Origin: Dehalococcoidia bacterium
Lineage (GTDB): Bacteria; Chloroflexota; Dehalococcoidia; Lucifugimonadales; JAGWBF01
DNA length: 64,000 bases
Assembly (NCBI GenBank): GCA_965116325.1
Contig: OZ220675.1
Location: 449,138-513,137 of the forward strand
Direction of reading: 5' to 3'
Position 1 is the first letter of the stretch. The number at the start of each line of letters is the position of its first letter. Shown here piece after piece: positions 54,058 to 63,276 of the stretch. Under the pieces are notes generated by a model. That model was not told the DNA's origin. It saw nothing but the letters and a program-made list of their open reading frames with translations, and made no database searches. The position numbers and the translations under genes are program-made.

Positions 54058-55056
54058 TTATTCGACAGGATTCATCCAGGGCATCATGCGCCGGAGTTCC
54101 CTGCCGACCTCCTCGATCTGATGCTCGGTCCCGTCCTCCCGCAGTTGGAGGAAACGCTTCCGGCCTTCGTCATTCTCCGCCATCCACTCCCGGGCGAAGC
54201 TTCCATCCTGGATGTCCTTCAGTATTCTGCGCATGTTGTCCCGGACATGGTCGTCGATGACCCCGGGACCCCGGGTGTAGTCACCGTACTCGGCGGTGTC
54301 ACTAACCGAGTAGCGCATGTACTTGAACCCGCCCTGGAAAATCAGGTCCACGATCAGCTTCATCTCGTGAAGACACTCGAAGTAGGCCATCTCAGGCTCA
54401 TAGCCCGCCTCTACCAGGGTCTCGAAGGCTGTCTTAATCAGGGCGGTGATGCCACCACAGAGCACGCTCTGCTCGCCGAACAGGTCCGTCTCCGTTTCGT
54501 CCTTGAATGTGGTCTCCAGAACGCCCGCGCCCGTGCAGCCGATCCCCTTGGCATAAGCCAGGGTTATCTCCTTTGCATCACCGGTGGCATCCTGCTCGAT
54601 GGCCAATAGTGCTGGAACGCCTATGCCGTCCACGAACATTTCCCGCATCCGGTGTCCCGGCGCCTTGGGGGCCACCATGGTCACGTTTACGTTGTTGGGA
54701 GGAACGATCTGTTTGTAGTGGATGTTGAACCCGTGTCCAAACATCAGGGTGCTTTGGGGGGCCAGGTGAGGCTCGATGGACTCCCTGTACACCCGGCCCT
54801 GAATGTGGTCGGGGATGAGCATCATCACCACCTGGCTGTCCTTGGTGACCTGCTCCACATCATCGACTTCCAGCCCGGCATCCTGGGCCTTGGCCCTGCT
54901 GGCGCTGGTAGATGGCAGACCCACCTTCACCCTTTGTCCGTTGTCCTTCAGGCTCAGGGCATGGGCATGCCCCTGGCTGCCATAGCCGATGATTCCGATG
55001 GTCTTGTCCTGGAGCAGTTCCAGGTTGGCGTCCTTGTCGTAATAGACGTTAGGCAT
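54058..55056 (-). CDS. ilvC: ketol-acid reductoisomerase
   Basis: [21 protein letters not shown] Rossmann motif with class I length. Confidence 0.92.
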   Translation of the reverse strand: MPNVYYDKDANLELLQDKTIGIIGYGSQGHAHALSLKDNGQRVKVGLPSTSASRAKAQDAGLEVDDVEQVTKDSQVVMMLIPDHIQGRVYRESIEPHLAPQSTLMFGHGFNIHYKQIVPPNNVNVTMVAPKAPGHRMREMFVDGIGVPALLAIEQDATGDAKEITLAYAKGIGCTGAGVLETTFKDETETDLFGEQSVLCGGITALIKTAFETLVEAGYEPEMAYFECLHEMKLIVDLIFQGGFKYMRYSVSDTAEYGDYTRGPGVIDDHVRDNMRRILKDIQDGSFAREWMAENDEGRKRFLQLREDGTEHQIEEVGRELRRMMPWMNPVE

Positions 55057-55068
55057 ACTAGTAGCACC

Positions 55069-55650
55069 TCATCCGAATGGCACCTGGCTCTGCTCATGTT
55101 CGGCGCCGTTTCTCATTGGTGTGGGCGTTTCGCCCCTGGGCCGTTCGGCCCTGGCTTCCCCAGCGCTGCGGGCCATGGCAATGCGCCCGGTGCGCATCAC
55201 TTCTCGAATTCCAAAGGGACGCAGCAGATTGTACATTGCATCGATCTTGTCTTCCCCGCTGGTAATCTCAATGATGAGAGATTGGGGGCTGACATCGACG
55301 ATGTTGGCTCGGAAGATGTTCACGAGCTGGATGATCTCGCTGCGATTTGCGGGAGTGGCCCGGACCTTGATCAACGCCACTTCCCGGGCGACGATCTCAT
55401 CCTCCACCAGCTCCGACACCTTTACGACCTCGATGAGCTTGTTAAGCTGCTTGGTGACCTGTTCCATGGTGGCAATGTCGCCTTCGACCACAAAGGTCAT
55501 GCGGGACAGGTTAGGCTGCTCGCTCCGTCCAACGGCCAAGCTGGCGATGTTGAAGCCCCGGCGCCGGAATAGGCTGGACACTCGGTTCAGGACGCCGGGC
55601 TGGTCCTGCACCAGCGCAACTATGGTGTGGCGTTCGGTTGCATCGCTCAT
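55069..55650 (-). CDS. ilvN: acetolactate synthase small (regulatory) subunit
   Basis: ACT domain HTIVALVQDQPGVLNRVSSLFRRRGFNIASLAVG. It overlaps the ilvB stop by 4 nt. Confidence 0.88.
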   Translation of the reverse strand: MSDATERHTIVALVQDQPGVLNRVSSLFRRRGFNIASLAVGRSEQPNLSRMTFVVEGDIATMEQVTKQLNKLIEVVKVSELVEDEIVAREVALIKVRATPANRSEIIQLVNIFRANIVDVSPQSLIIEITSGEDKIDAMYNLLRPFGIREVMRTGRIAMARSAGEARAERPRGETPTPMRNGAEHEQSQVPFG

Positions 55651-57368
55651 GTGGCGGTCCCTTCGTTGCTGGCTTGGAAGGCGGGCTGCTGGTCCGGCTC
55701 TTCCAGCATCTCGGCCAAGCTCTCCCCCGCCGGTATCATGGGGAACACGTTCTCTTCAGGCTCCACGAGGAAGTCCACCACGACCGGCCCCGGCTCCATC
55801 ATCGCCTGCCGTATCGACGACTCCACCTGGGACTTGTCGGTGACCCGGATTCCGGGGATGCCGTAGGCCTCGGCCAGCTTCACAAAGTCCGGGTTGGCGG
55901 AGTAGCTGGTTGCTGTATATACCTTGTCGTAGAAAAAGTCCTGCCACTGGCGCACCATGCCCAGGTAGCCGTTGTTCATGATGGCGAATTTGACGGCGAT
56001 GTTGTTCTCGACGCAGGTTGCCAGGTCGCACAGGGTCATCTGGAACCCGCCGTCCCCGGCGATGGACCAGACCACCTTGTCCGGCGCGCCCACCTTTGCG
56101 CCCATGGCCGCCGGCACCTCGAACCCCATGGCGCCCAAGCCTCCCGAGGTGATCAGGCTGTTGGGGTTCTTGAACCTGCAGTGCTGGGCCGCCCACATCT
56201 GGTGCTGGCCCACACCCGTGACAACCAGCGCGTTTCCGTCGGTAACGTCGGACAGGGTGCGCAAGATGTACTGGGGGAGCAGGTGGTCCGTCTCCCGTAT
56301 CCGGTGGGAGGGATGCTCCGCTCGCATATCTTCGACCTGCTGGACCCACTCGGGGTGCACCGTGGCTTGAACATGGGGAAGCAGCGCCTGCAGGACACGC
56401 TTAAGGTCGCCGACGATGGGCACCGTCGCCTTGACGTTCTTGCTGATCTCCGACGGATCGACGTCGATATGGACAACCTTGGCGTTGGGGGCGAAGTCGG
56501 ACAACCGGCCGGTCACCCTGTCGTCGAAGCGCATGCCAAGGGAGATGAGCAGGTCAGCCTCGTTAATGGCCATGCTGGCGTAGGCCATCCCGTGCATCCC
56601 GGGCATTCCGACGTTCAGGAAGTGCTCCGACGGGAAGGAACTTATGCCCAGAAGGGTCGTGACCACCGGTATCTGGGCCCTCTCCGCCAGCTCAAGCACC
56701 TCCTCGTAGGCCCGGGAGATGATGATGCCGTGCCCCGCCAGGATCAGCGGACGTTGGGCCTCGGCGATGAGTTGGGCAGCCTTCTGTATCTGGGAAGGAT
56801 GCCCGTCCATGGTCGGCTTGTACCCCGGCAGGTCCACATCGTCGGGGTAAGAGAATTCGGCCTGCTCGTTGAGCAGGACATCCTTGGGGATGTCGATAAG
56901 CACGGGGCCGGGCCGGCCTGTGCTGGCGATGTAGAATGCATTCTTGATTGCCTGGGGTATCTCCGCAGCCGACATGACCAGGTAGTTGTGCTTGGTGACC
57001 GGCAGGGTGATGCCCGTCATGTCCGTTTCCTGGAAGGCATCCTTGCCGATGGCTGCCCTTGGGACCTGGCCCGTAATGGCCACGATTGGGATGGAGTCCA
57101 TCTGTGCGGACGCGATGCCCGTAACCAGGTTGGTTGCCCCGGGACCCGATGTGGCCATGCACACGCCCACCTTGCCCGTCACCCTGGCATAGCCGTCGGC
57201 TGCCATGGCAGCCGCCTGTTCATGGCGTACCAGTATGTGGCGCAACTGGGGGTATTCGGGCATCGCCCCGTACAAAGGCAGGATCGCCCCGCCGGGTATG
57301 CCGAAAGCTACGTCTACGTTCTCCCGGAGAAGACTCTCGCAGACTATCTGGGCACCTGTCAGCTTCAT
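55647..57368 (-). CDS. ilvB: acetolactate synthase large subunit
   Basis: MKLTGAQIVCESLLRENVDVAFGIPGGAILPLY and the GDGGFQM TPP motif. Confidence 0.9.
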   Translation of the reverse strand: MKLTGAQIVCESLLRENVDVAFGIPGGAILPLYGAMPEYPQLRHILVRHEQAAAMAADGYARVTGKVGVCMATSGPGATNLVTGIASAQMDSIPIVAITGQVPRAAIGKDAFQETDMTGITLPVTKHNYLVMSAAEIPQAIKNAFYIASTGRPGPVLIDIPKDVLLNEQAEFSYPDDVDLPGYKPTMDGHPSQIQKAAQLIAEAQRPLILAGHGIIISRAYEEVLELAERAQIPVVTTLLGISSFPSEHFLNVGMPGMHGMAYASMAINEADLLISLGMRFDDRVTGRLSDFAPNAKVVHIDVDPSEISKNVKATVPIVGDLKRVLQALLPHVQATVHPEWVQQVEDMRAEHPSHRIRETDHLLPQYILRTLSDVTDGNALVVTGVGQHQMWAAQHCRFKNPNSLITSGGLGAMGFEVPAAMGAKVGAPDKVVWSIAGDGGFQMTLCDLATCVENNIAVKFAIMNNGYLGMVRQWQDFFYDKVYTATSYSANPDFVKLAEAYGIPGIRVTDKSQVESSIRQAMMEPGPVVVDFLVEPEENVFPMIPAGESLAEMLEEPDQQPAFQASNEGTAT

Positions 57369-57384
57369 TATGTAACCTCGCTGC

Positions 57385-57654
57385 GCCTTATAAAAAACGA
57401 CCCGTCCTGAAGGGACGGGTCGTTTCCCGCGGTACCACCCTTATTCTCGGTGATCATGATCACCAGAGCACCTCTGCGACATTAACGGCGTCGACCGCCC
57501 TTCCCTACTTTGAAACCGGAAAGCCGGTGTGTTCAGGAGGGCCGCTCGGGGGCGAGTTGAGGATTTCGCAGTCACCGGCCTTCCACCTGTGGCCGGCTCT
57601 CTGGGGGCGCTCTATCCCTACTACTCCCCTTCAGGCGCGGAACTATTGACTTGC
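57385..57654 (-). promoter_or_regulatory. T-box riboswitch leader of the ilv-leu operon
   Basis: The minus strand reads ...AGAGAGCCGGCCACAGGTGGAAGGCCGG (stem I distal region)...GAAATCCTCAA (specifier region)...AATAAGGGTGGTACCGCGGGAAACGACCCGTCCCTTCAGGACGGGTCGTTTTTTAT. That is the conserved T-box sequence followed by the terminator. Confidence 0.8.
57392..57424 (-). terminator. T-box leader terminator
   Basis: AACGACCCGTCCC-TTCA-GGACGGGTCGTT followed by TTTTAT. It lies about 25 nt upstream of the ilvB ATG. Confidence 0.8.
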
Positions 57655-57661
57655 TTGTACA

Positions 57662-57690
57662 ATTCTAAGCATCCAACAAAGATTTGTAAA
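57662..57690 (-). promoter_or_regulatory. promoter of the ilv-leu operon
   Basis: On the minus strand: TTTACA (57690-57685), a 17-nt spacer, then TAGAAT (57667-57662). Confidence 0.6.
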
Positions 57691-57759
57691 GGGTTCCAAG
57701 TAGTGATTCAGAACTTCTGGTCGCCCGCCTCAGGGCAGGCGACCGCCACCAATCGATAG

Positions 57760-58656
57760 ATGTACTGGATTTCGGCAGCCCTGGGCAGCTCCGTGATTTT
57801 CGGGGCCATGAACATTGCGGACCGGATTCTGCTCAGCCGACACTTTCCCATAGTATCCGTCTTCTTCATCTGGGAAGGCATTTTCCTCGCCACCTCGGGG
57901 ACGACTGTGCTGCTCATCGCCGGCATCCCCGACTCGGGCGAGGGCATCCTGCTGGCCTACTCGTCGGGCCTCATCTGGGGAATGGGCCTGATGTGCGTGT
58001 TCCTGGGGTTCCGCATGGAGGAGGCCTCCCGGGTCGTAGCCATCTACCAGACCTTCCCTGTGTTCGTGGCCATCCTGGCCCTCATATTCCTGGACGAGGT
58101 GCTGAACGCCGGACAGTGGGTTGGCATCCTGGCCGTGGTGGTGGGAGCCGTCGCCATCTCCTTCCGGGGTTCTCTGAAGTCGGGCTTGATAAGGTTCAAT
58201 CGCTCCCTGCCCGTGCTGATCGCCTCCAGCCTTCTAATAGCGGTGGGGTTGCTGATCAGCAAGCCTGCCCTGGACCTGATGCCCGTTTATGACGTCTTCA
58301 TGTTCCGCGCTTTGGGAATGGCATCCATCTTCCTGCTGTTCTTCCGCCCCAGGCACCTGTCAGGCCTCCGCGACTCTCTCAGAAAGAAGAGGGTCATGGG
58401 AATGTTCGTGATGGCTGAGTTGGTGGGCAGCAACCTGGCCCTATCCATGGTGCTGATAGCCACCGACCTGGGCCCCGTGTCCCTGGTGTCATCCCTGCTG
58501 GCCACCAGGCCCCTGTTCGTGTTCGCCTACAGCACCATCCTGAGCACACCCCAGCTCCATGTGCTGGACGAACCGATCAGGAAAGAGGTGCTCCTGCAGA
58601 AGTCCATCTCCGTGGCCGTCATCATCGCCGGCGTCTGCATGGTCAGCCTGTGGTAG
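57760..58656 (+). CDS. DMT-superfamily (EamA-like) transporter
   Basis: 10 predicted TM helices arranged as two EamA-like halves. Confidence 0.8.
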   Translation: MYWISAALGSSVIFGAMNIADRILLSRHFPIVSVFFIWEGIFLATSGTTVLLIAGIPDSGEGILLAYSSGLIWGMGLMCVFLGFRMEEASRVVAIYQTFPVFVAILALIFLDEVLNAGQWVGILAVVVGAVAISFRGSLKSGLIRFNRSLPVLIASSLLIAVGLLISKPALDLMPVYDVFMFRALGMASIFLLFFRPRHLSGLRDSLRKKRVMGMFVMAELVGSNLALSMVLIATDLGPVSLVSSLLATRPLFVFAYSTILSTPQLHVLDEPIRKEVLLQKSISVAVIIAGVCMVSLW

Positions 58657-58730
58657 GGGGCTTCCTTGACCCTTTCCCGACAAGGTCAATGGGCCATCAG
58701 ACCCCCTCACCAGAAACTAGCCCCACATAT

Positions 58731-59072
58731 CGTCATTGCGGCGGAGGCCGCAATCCAGGAAAGTCCAATATATGGACTAGGCTCCCCAATGCATTACCCA
58801 CTGCAACAATAGAGCCACTCTGAAAACCGCAGAGTTCCGCCTTGGATTGCGGCCTTCGCCGCAATGACGGAGGGCCCTTCGTCACACCCTACCATCCGTT
58901 CGCCCTTCGATTTCCCCCTTCGAGAGCCTCAGGACAGGCTCAGGGCGAACCGACAGCCCGGACGGGACACGTAGACTCCCGCTTTCGCGGGAGTGACGGG
59001 AATGGGAGTCGGGATTTGGCGCGCTGGTCCCGGCCTGGATTTTCTGGATTGCGGCCTTCGCCGCAATGACGG
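58731..59072. repeat. mosaic of short palindromic REP/MITE-like modules
   Basis: Module A is cgtcattgcggcggaggccgcaatcc at 58731, inverted at 58844 and 59046. Module B is gtagactcccgctttcgcgggagtgacgg at 58971. Module C lies at 58896-58954. Confidence 0.65.
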
Positions 59073-59190
59073 GGCAGCGCTCCCCGGTAGCCTCCCTCCA
59101 CTTGAAGAGGCTTCAGGCGCTATGTCTCACAGCTTGGGCAGCGTGTAACGGTCCTGTCTGGTAAACTCTGGCTGACAGACTGAGCACAGA

Positions 59191-60267
59191 ATGGTCTCGA
59201 AAGCAGGTGCAATCATGACCTATGAGACGGGGGCGCTGATGTCCGGGCGGGTGGATGCCGACGGCATCGAAGATGCCATGGAGATGTGCTACAGCAGGGG
59301 CTGGACCGACGGCCTACCCGTGGTGCCTCCCACCGAAGAGAAGGTCATGCGCTTCCTGGAAATGGCTGACCGGCGCGCCTCGGACGTCATCGGCGTCGAG
59401 CCCGTGCGCGGGCGGGTCATCACCGCCGAGAAGGTGGCCATCAACGCCGTCATGGCGGGCTGCCTGCCCGAGTACATGCCCGTGGTCATGGCTGCAGTGG
59501 AGTGCATGGTGCAGCCCCAGTACAACCTCCACGGCAGCTCGGCCAGCACCGGAGGCTCCGCGCCCCTGATCGTCGTCAACGGCCCGGTGCGCCACCGCCT
59601 TGGCTTCGCCAGCAGCCACAACATCTTCGGACCTGGCCCCGACCGCCGGGCCAACGCCACCGTGGGCCGGGCTGTCCGCCTCCTGCTCATCAACGTGCTG
59701 GAAAATCATCCAGGCGTGCTGGACCGCTCTACCCTGGGACACCCGGGCAAGTACACCTACTGCATCGCCGAGGATGAGGAGAACAGCCCCTGGGAGCCCC
59801 TGCATGTGGAGCGGGCGTTCTCCCCCGAGGCCAGCACCGTGACCCTGTTCACATCCCTGGGACCAACCCAGCTTGAGTCCCGGCCCGCCGGCACCGCCGA
59901 GGCGATGTTGACGGGGGCCATCGACAGCATGATGGGCTTCGGGCACGGGCATGGGGAGCTGCTGCTCATGGTGTCACAGGAGCACGGAGGCTTCTTCAGG
60001 GCGGCCGGCTGGGACAAGGCCCAGGTGCGGGAGTTCGTCCACCAGCGGGCACGGCGCACAGCCTCGGACTGGGCATCCGTCTATAAGGGGGAGGTACCCC
60101 CGGCAGGCTCGGAGAACGAGATGGTCCCCGTCCTGCTGCGCCCAGAGTCCCTGGTGCTCCTGGCAGGAGGTGAGCCCGGCGGGCCCTGGTCTTGCCTGGT
60201 GCCCCGGTGGTCCAAGGGGGTCGGCTCCCTTTCGGTGAGCCGCGAAATCGATATGCGGAACCTGTAG
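59191..60267 (+). CDS. conserved hypothetical protein (upstream partner of the UGSC-type gene)
   Basis: 358-aa ORF with ordinary composition. I recognise no motif. An alternative start is ATG 59215. Confidence 0.6.
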   Translation: MVSKAGAIMTYETGALMSGRVDADGIEDAMEMCYSRGWTDGLPVVPPTEEKVMRFLEMADRRASDVIGVEPVRGRVITAEKVAINAVMAGCLPEYMPVVMAAVECMVQPQYNLHGSSASTGGSAPLIVVNGPVRHRLGFASSHNIFGPGPDRRANATVGRAVRLLLINVLENHPGVLDRSTLGHPGKYTYCIAEDEENSPWEPLHVERAFSPEASTVTLFTSLGPTQLESRPAGTAEAMLTGAIDSMMGFGHGHGELLLMVSQEHGGFFRAAGWDKAQVREFVHQRARRTASDWASVYKGEVPPAGSENEMVPVLLRPESLVLLAGGEPGGPWSCLVPRWSKGVGSLSVSREIDMRNL

Positions 60268-60333
60268 AAGACGGCGCATTCCGAGAGTGCCCCCGGTGGT
60301 ATAATGACGCCAACCTGAAGGGAGAGTGGCAGC

Positions 60334-60876
60334 ATGGTCATCGAAGCGACGAAAGTAACGTTCCTGGACCCAACGGTGGAAGCCATGCCCGACCGCACCA
60401 ACATGGCGCCCCGGCCCGCCAACCTGGACGGGGCCATGGTCGGCTTACTCGCCAACGGCAAGCGCAACGCCGACAAGCTGCTGGAAGCGGTCTACACACT
60501 GCTGGATGAGCGCTACGAGCTGAAGGGCGCCGTCCGGGTGAACAAGGGAGATGCCTCGCGGCCCGCGCCTGATCCGGTGGTGGAGGAGCTACTGCGGAAG
60601 TGCGACCTGGTGATCACCGCGACAGGTGATTGAGGGTCCTGCAGCTCGTGCAGTGTGCACGATGCAATAAGCGTTGAGAAGGCAGGCAAGCCGGCAGCAG
60701 CCATATGCACCGAGCCCTTCGTACCCACGGGGCGGTCAATAGCCAAGATACGGGGCATCGACGGCTATCCCTTCGCCGTGGTGACCCATCCGGTGGGAAG
60801 CGTGGAGGATGCTGTTGTGATGGAGCGGGCGCATCAAGCCCTACCCAGGGTGCTGGAGATACTGCTGGCTAAGTAG
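60334..60876 (+). CDS. candidate UGSC-family selenoprotein (in-frame TGA 60631-60633 read as Sec)
   Basis: Two listed ORFs (60334-60633 and 60655-60876) share one frame and are separated only by the TGA. The joined reading is ...LVITATGD-U-GSCSSCSVHDAISVEKAGKPAAAICTEPF... A hairpin starts 7 nt after the TGA. Confidence 0.6.
60640..60666 (+). promoter_or_regulatory. candidate bacterial SECIS hairpin
   Basis: TGCA-gc-TCGTGCA-GTG-TGCACGA-TGCA: a 4-bp lower stem, a 2-nt bulge, a 7-bp upper stem and a GUG apical loop. The loop starts 19 nt after the UGA. Confidence 0.4.
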
Positions 60877-60909
60877 GCCCCTCACCCCAACCTCTCTCAC
60901 ATCCCGGCA

Positions 60910-61000
60910 CCGTCACTCCCGCGAAAGCGGGAGTCTACGCCCCCACAGCACAATTGCGGTTGTCCGTTCCCCTTCGATTTCCCTCAGGACGAACGGACAA
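60910..61000. repeat. REP/MITE-like modules related to those at 58.9 kb
   Basis: ccgtcactcccgcgaaagcgggagtctac (60910-60938) is the reverse complement of module B at 58971-58999. Bases 60964-61000 resemble module C. Confidence 0.65.
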
Positions 61001-61043
61001 TCCGCCCAGAGCATGTTCCCGCACCACACGGCGAAGTCAGAGC

Positions 61044-62978
61044 CTAGACGTCCAGCTCCTTGACGCTGCGGGCATGGGTGTTGATGAACTCCTTGCGGGG
61101 CGCTACCTCATCACCCATCAGGTCGGTAAAGGTGTCGTCAGCCTCCATGGCATCATCTATAGACACCTGGAGCATGGTGCGGGTGTCGGGATTCATGGTG
61201 GTCTCCCAGAGCTGGTCCGGGTTCATCTCACCCAAGCCCTTGTACCTCTGAACCATGACGCTGCGCTTGCCGTTCATTGAGGCGACAAGCTTCTCCTTGT
61301 GGGCATCGCTGAAGGCGTAGTTGGCGTTTTTGCCGGACTGGACACGATAGAGGGGCGGCTGGGCAATGAAGAGGTGTCCGCTCTTGATTAGCTCCTCCAT
61401 CCGGCGGAAGAAGAAGGTGAGGAGCAGGGTGCGGATGTGGGAGCCGTCCACATCGGCGTCGGTCATGATGATGACCTTGTGGTACCGCAGCTTCTCCAGG
61501 TTGAACTCTTCGCCCTCGCCGGCCCCCAGGGCGGCGATGAGGGCACGAATCTCTTCGTGGCCCAGGATCTTGTCCGGCTGACGCAGCACCCGCTCCACGT
61601 TGAGTATCTTGCCTTTGAGGGGAAGAATGGCCTGGAAGCGCCGGTCCCGGCCCATCTTGGCTGAGCCGCCGGCGGACTCGCCCTCCACCACGTATATTTC
61701 GGAAAGCTCGGGGTTGCGCTCGGAGCAGTCGGCCAGCTTGCCGGGCAGAGAGGAGCCGTCCAGCGCGTTCTTGCGTATGACCAGCTCCCGGGCCTTCTTG
61801 GCCGCTTCCCGGGCCTTCTGGGCAGTGACGCAGTTCTCGATAATCCTCTTGCCTTCGGCAAGGTGCTCTTCCAGGTACTGGGACAAAGACTCGCCTACCA
61901 GGGTCTCCACGATGCTCTTGACCTCGGCATTCCCCAGCTTGGTCTTGGTCTGACCCTCGAACTGGGGGTCGGTCAGCTTGAGGCTTATGACCGCGGTGAG
62001 TCCTTCCCGGACATCCTCTCCCGACAGGTTCGCCTGGTCGTCCTTCAGCAGCTTCTGCTTGCGCCCGTAGTCGTTGATTACGCGCGTGACCGCTGCGCGG
62101 AAGCCGGTGAGGTGGGTGCCCCCCTCCTCGGTGGGGATGCAATTGGCGAAGGACAGGACGTGCTCGTTGTAGCCGTCGTTGTACTGGATAGAAGCTTCGA
62201 CTATGGTGTCATCCACAGACTTCTGCATGTAGAAGGGCTTGTCCTGTAGCACTTTGCGATGGCTGTTGATGCTTCGCACCAGGCTGGCGAGACCACCATC
62301 GAAGTAGTAGCTGCGCTCTATGTCTCCGTCTCGCTCATCCTCGTGCCAGTAGCTGGTGAAATGCACCTCAAGGCCCTTGTTCAGGTAAGCGATCTGCTTA
62401 AAGTGGGCAGTCAGCACATCGAAGTCGTATTCAACGTCTGTGAATATCTCCTCGTCGGGCAGGAATCGGATGGATGTGCCCGAGGATGCGGCGCCGTCTG
62501 TGGCTTGGCGCTCCTTGCTCATGGTCCCGGTAGATATGCCGCGACTGTACTCCTGGGTGGCCACCACTCCGTCCCGGCGTACCTCCACCTCCATGTGGGC
62601 GGACAGAGCGTTGACAACCGAGGCGCCCACGCCATGAAGACCGCCGGACACCTTATAGGCCCCGCCTCCGAACTTGGCCCCTGCGTGGAGGGTGGTCATG
62701 ACCGTTTCCAGGGCCGTGAGCCCGGTGGTGGGATGGATGTCTATGGGTATGCCGCGTCCATCGTCGAAGACGTGGACGATGCCATCTTTCTGGATCGTTA
62801 TGTCAACGCCGGAACAGTGCCCGGCCATCGCTTCATCAACGCTGTTGTCCACGATCTCGTAGATCAGGTGATGAAGGCCCCTCTGGTCGGTGCTTCCGAT
62901 GTACATCCCGGGTCTTCGACGTACGGCCTCCAAGCCCTGAAGAACCTGGATGTCCTTGGCAGTGTACTTTACCGTCAT
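61044..62978 (-). CDS. gyrB: DNA gyrase subunit B
   Basis: IQVLQGLEAVRRRPGMYIGST, the GHKL ATPase fold, Toprim EGESAGG and the C-terminal QRYKGLGEMNP. Confidence 0.95.
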   Translation of the reverse strand: MTVKYTAKDIQVLQGLEAVRRRPGMYIGSTDQRGLHHLIYEIVDNSVDEAMAGHCSGVDITIQKDGIVHVFDDGRGIPIDIHPTTGLTALETVMTTLHAGAKFGGGAYKVSGGLHGVGASVVNALSAHMEVEVRRDGVVATQEYSRGISTGTMSKERQATDGAASSGTSIRFLPDEEIFTDVEYDFDVLTAHFKQIAYLNKGLEVHFTSYWHEDERDGDIERSYYFDGGLASLVRSINSHRKVLQDKPFYMQKSVDDTIVEASIQYNDGYNEHVLSFANCIPTEEGGTHLTGFRAAVTRVINDYGRKQKLLKDDQANLSGEDVREGLTAVISLKLTDPQFEGQTKTKLGNAEVKSIVETLVGESLSQYLEEHLAEGKRIIENCVTAQKAREAAKKARELVIRKNALDGSSLPGKLADCSERNPELSEIYVVEGESAGGSAKMGRDRRFQAILPLKGKILNVERVLRQPDKILGHEEIRALIAALGAGEGEEFNLEKLRYHKVIIMTDADVDGSHIRTLLLTFFFRRMEELIKSGHLFIAQPPLYRVQSGKNANYAFSDAHKEKLVASMNGKRSVMVQRYKGLGEMNPDQLWETTMNPDTRTMLQVSIDDAMEADDTFTDLMGDEVAPRKEFINTHARSVKELDV

Positions 62979-63276
62979 CTTCCCCCACTTCCCTACATCG
63001 TCTCTTTTCCGCCGTTGGACCCTTCCCGGTTAATTCGAAGGAAACGAACTATACGGGCAGGTTGGCGGACCACTTGTTGGCGCATGTTCCATTGCATGCT
63101 GAGATACACATAAATTATACCATCTTGGTACAGGTCATGTCGTACCTAATCAGCTTGGATTTTCTGTGGTTTTCGAGGACAAATCAGCGGTTCCAGGGGA
63201 GATGCTGAACCTGAGTGTATAATCATGCCCTGAACCCACCTGGAAACCCCTCTCATTCAGGAAGAATCGACCGTTC

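Noticed and set aside
55638-57410. 590-aa plus-strand ORF
   Set aside because: It is antisense to ilvB, which has unmistakable acetolactate synthase motifs. This is a typical high-GC shadow ORF with an Arg/Gly/His-rich product.
58842-59069. 75-aa ORF (MDCGLRRNDGG...DSRFRGSDGNG...)
   Set aside because: It is composed entirely of the palindromic REP-like modules. This peptide pattern is a well-known annotation artefact.
58731-59072. Possible small CRISPR array, because of the repeated 26-27-nt palindromic units
   Set aside because: There are only three copies, in mixed orientation, with irregular spacing (113 and 202 bp), interleaved with other repeat modules. No cas genes are present.
60334-60876. 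Interpretation as two independent small genes or a pseudogene
   Set aside because: The halves share one frame, and the stop sits exactly before GSC of a UxxCxxC motif. The second piece has no RBS, and a SECIS-like hairpin follows. The pseudogene option still remains open if the genome lacks Sec machinery.
62979-63276. Possible replication origin next to gyrB
   Set aside because: I saw no cluster of DnaA-box-like 9-mers (TTATCCACA or its complement) and no AT-rich unwinding stretch. No dnaA, dnaN or recF gene is adjacent. The region looks like two divergent promoters (extended -10 TGGTATAAT for gyrB, TGTATAAT for the MFS gene).
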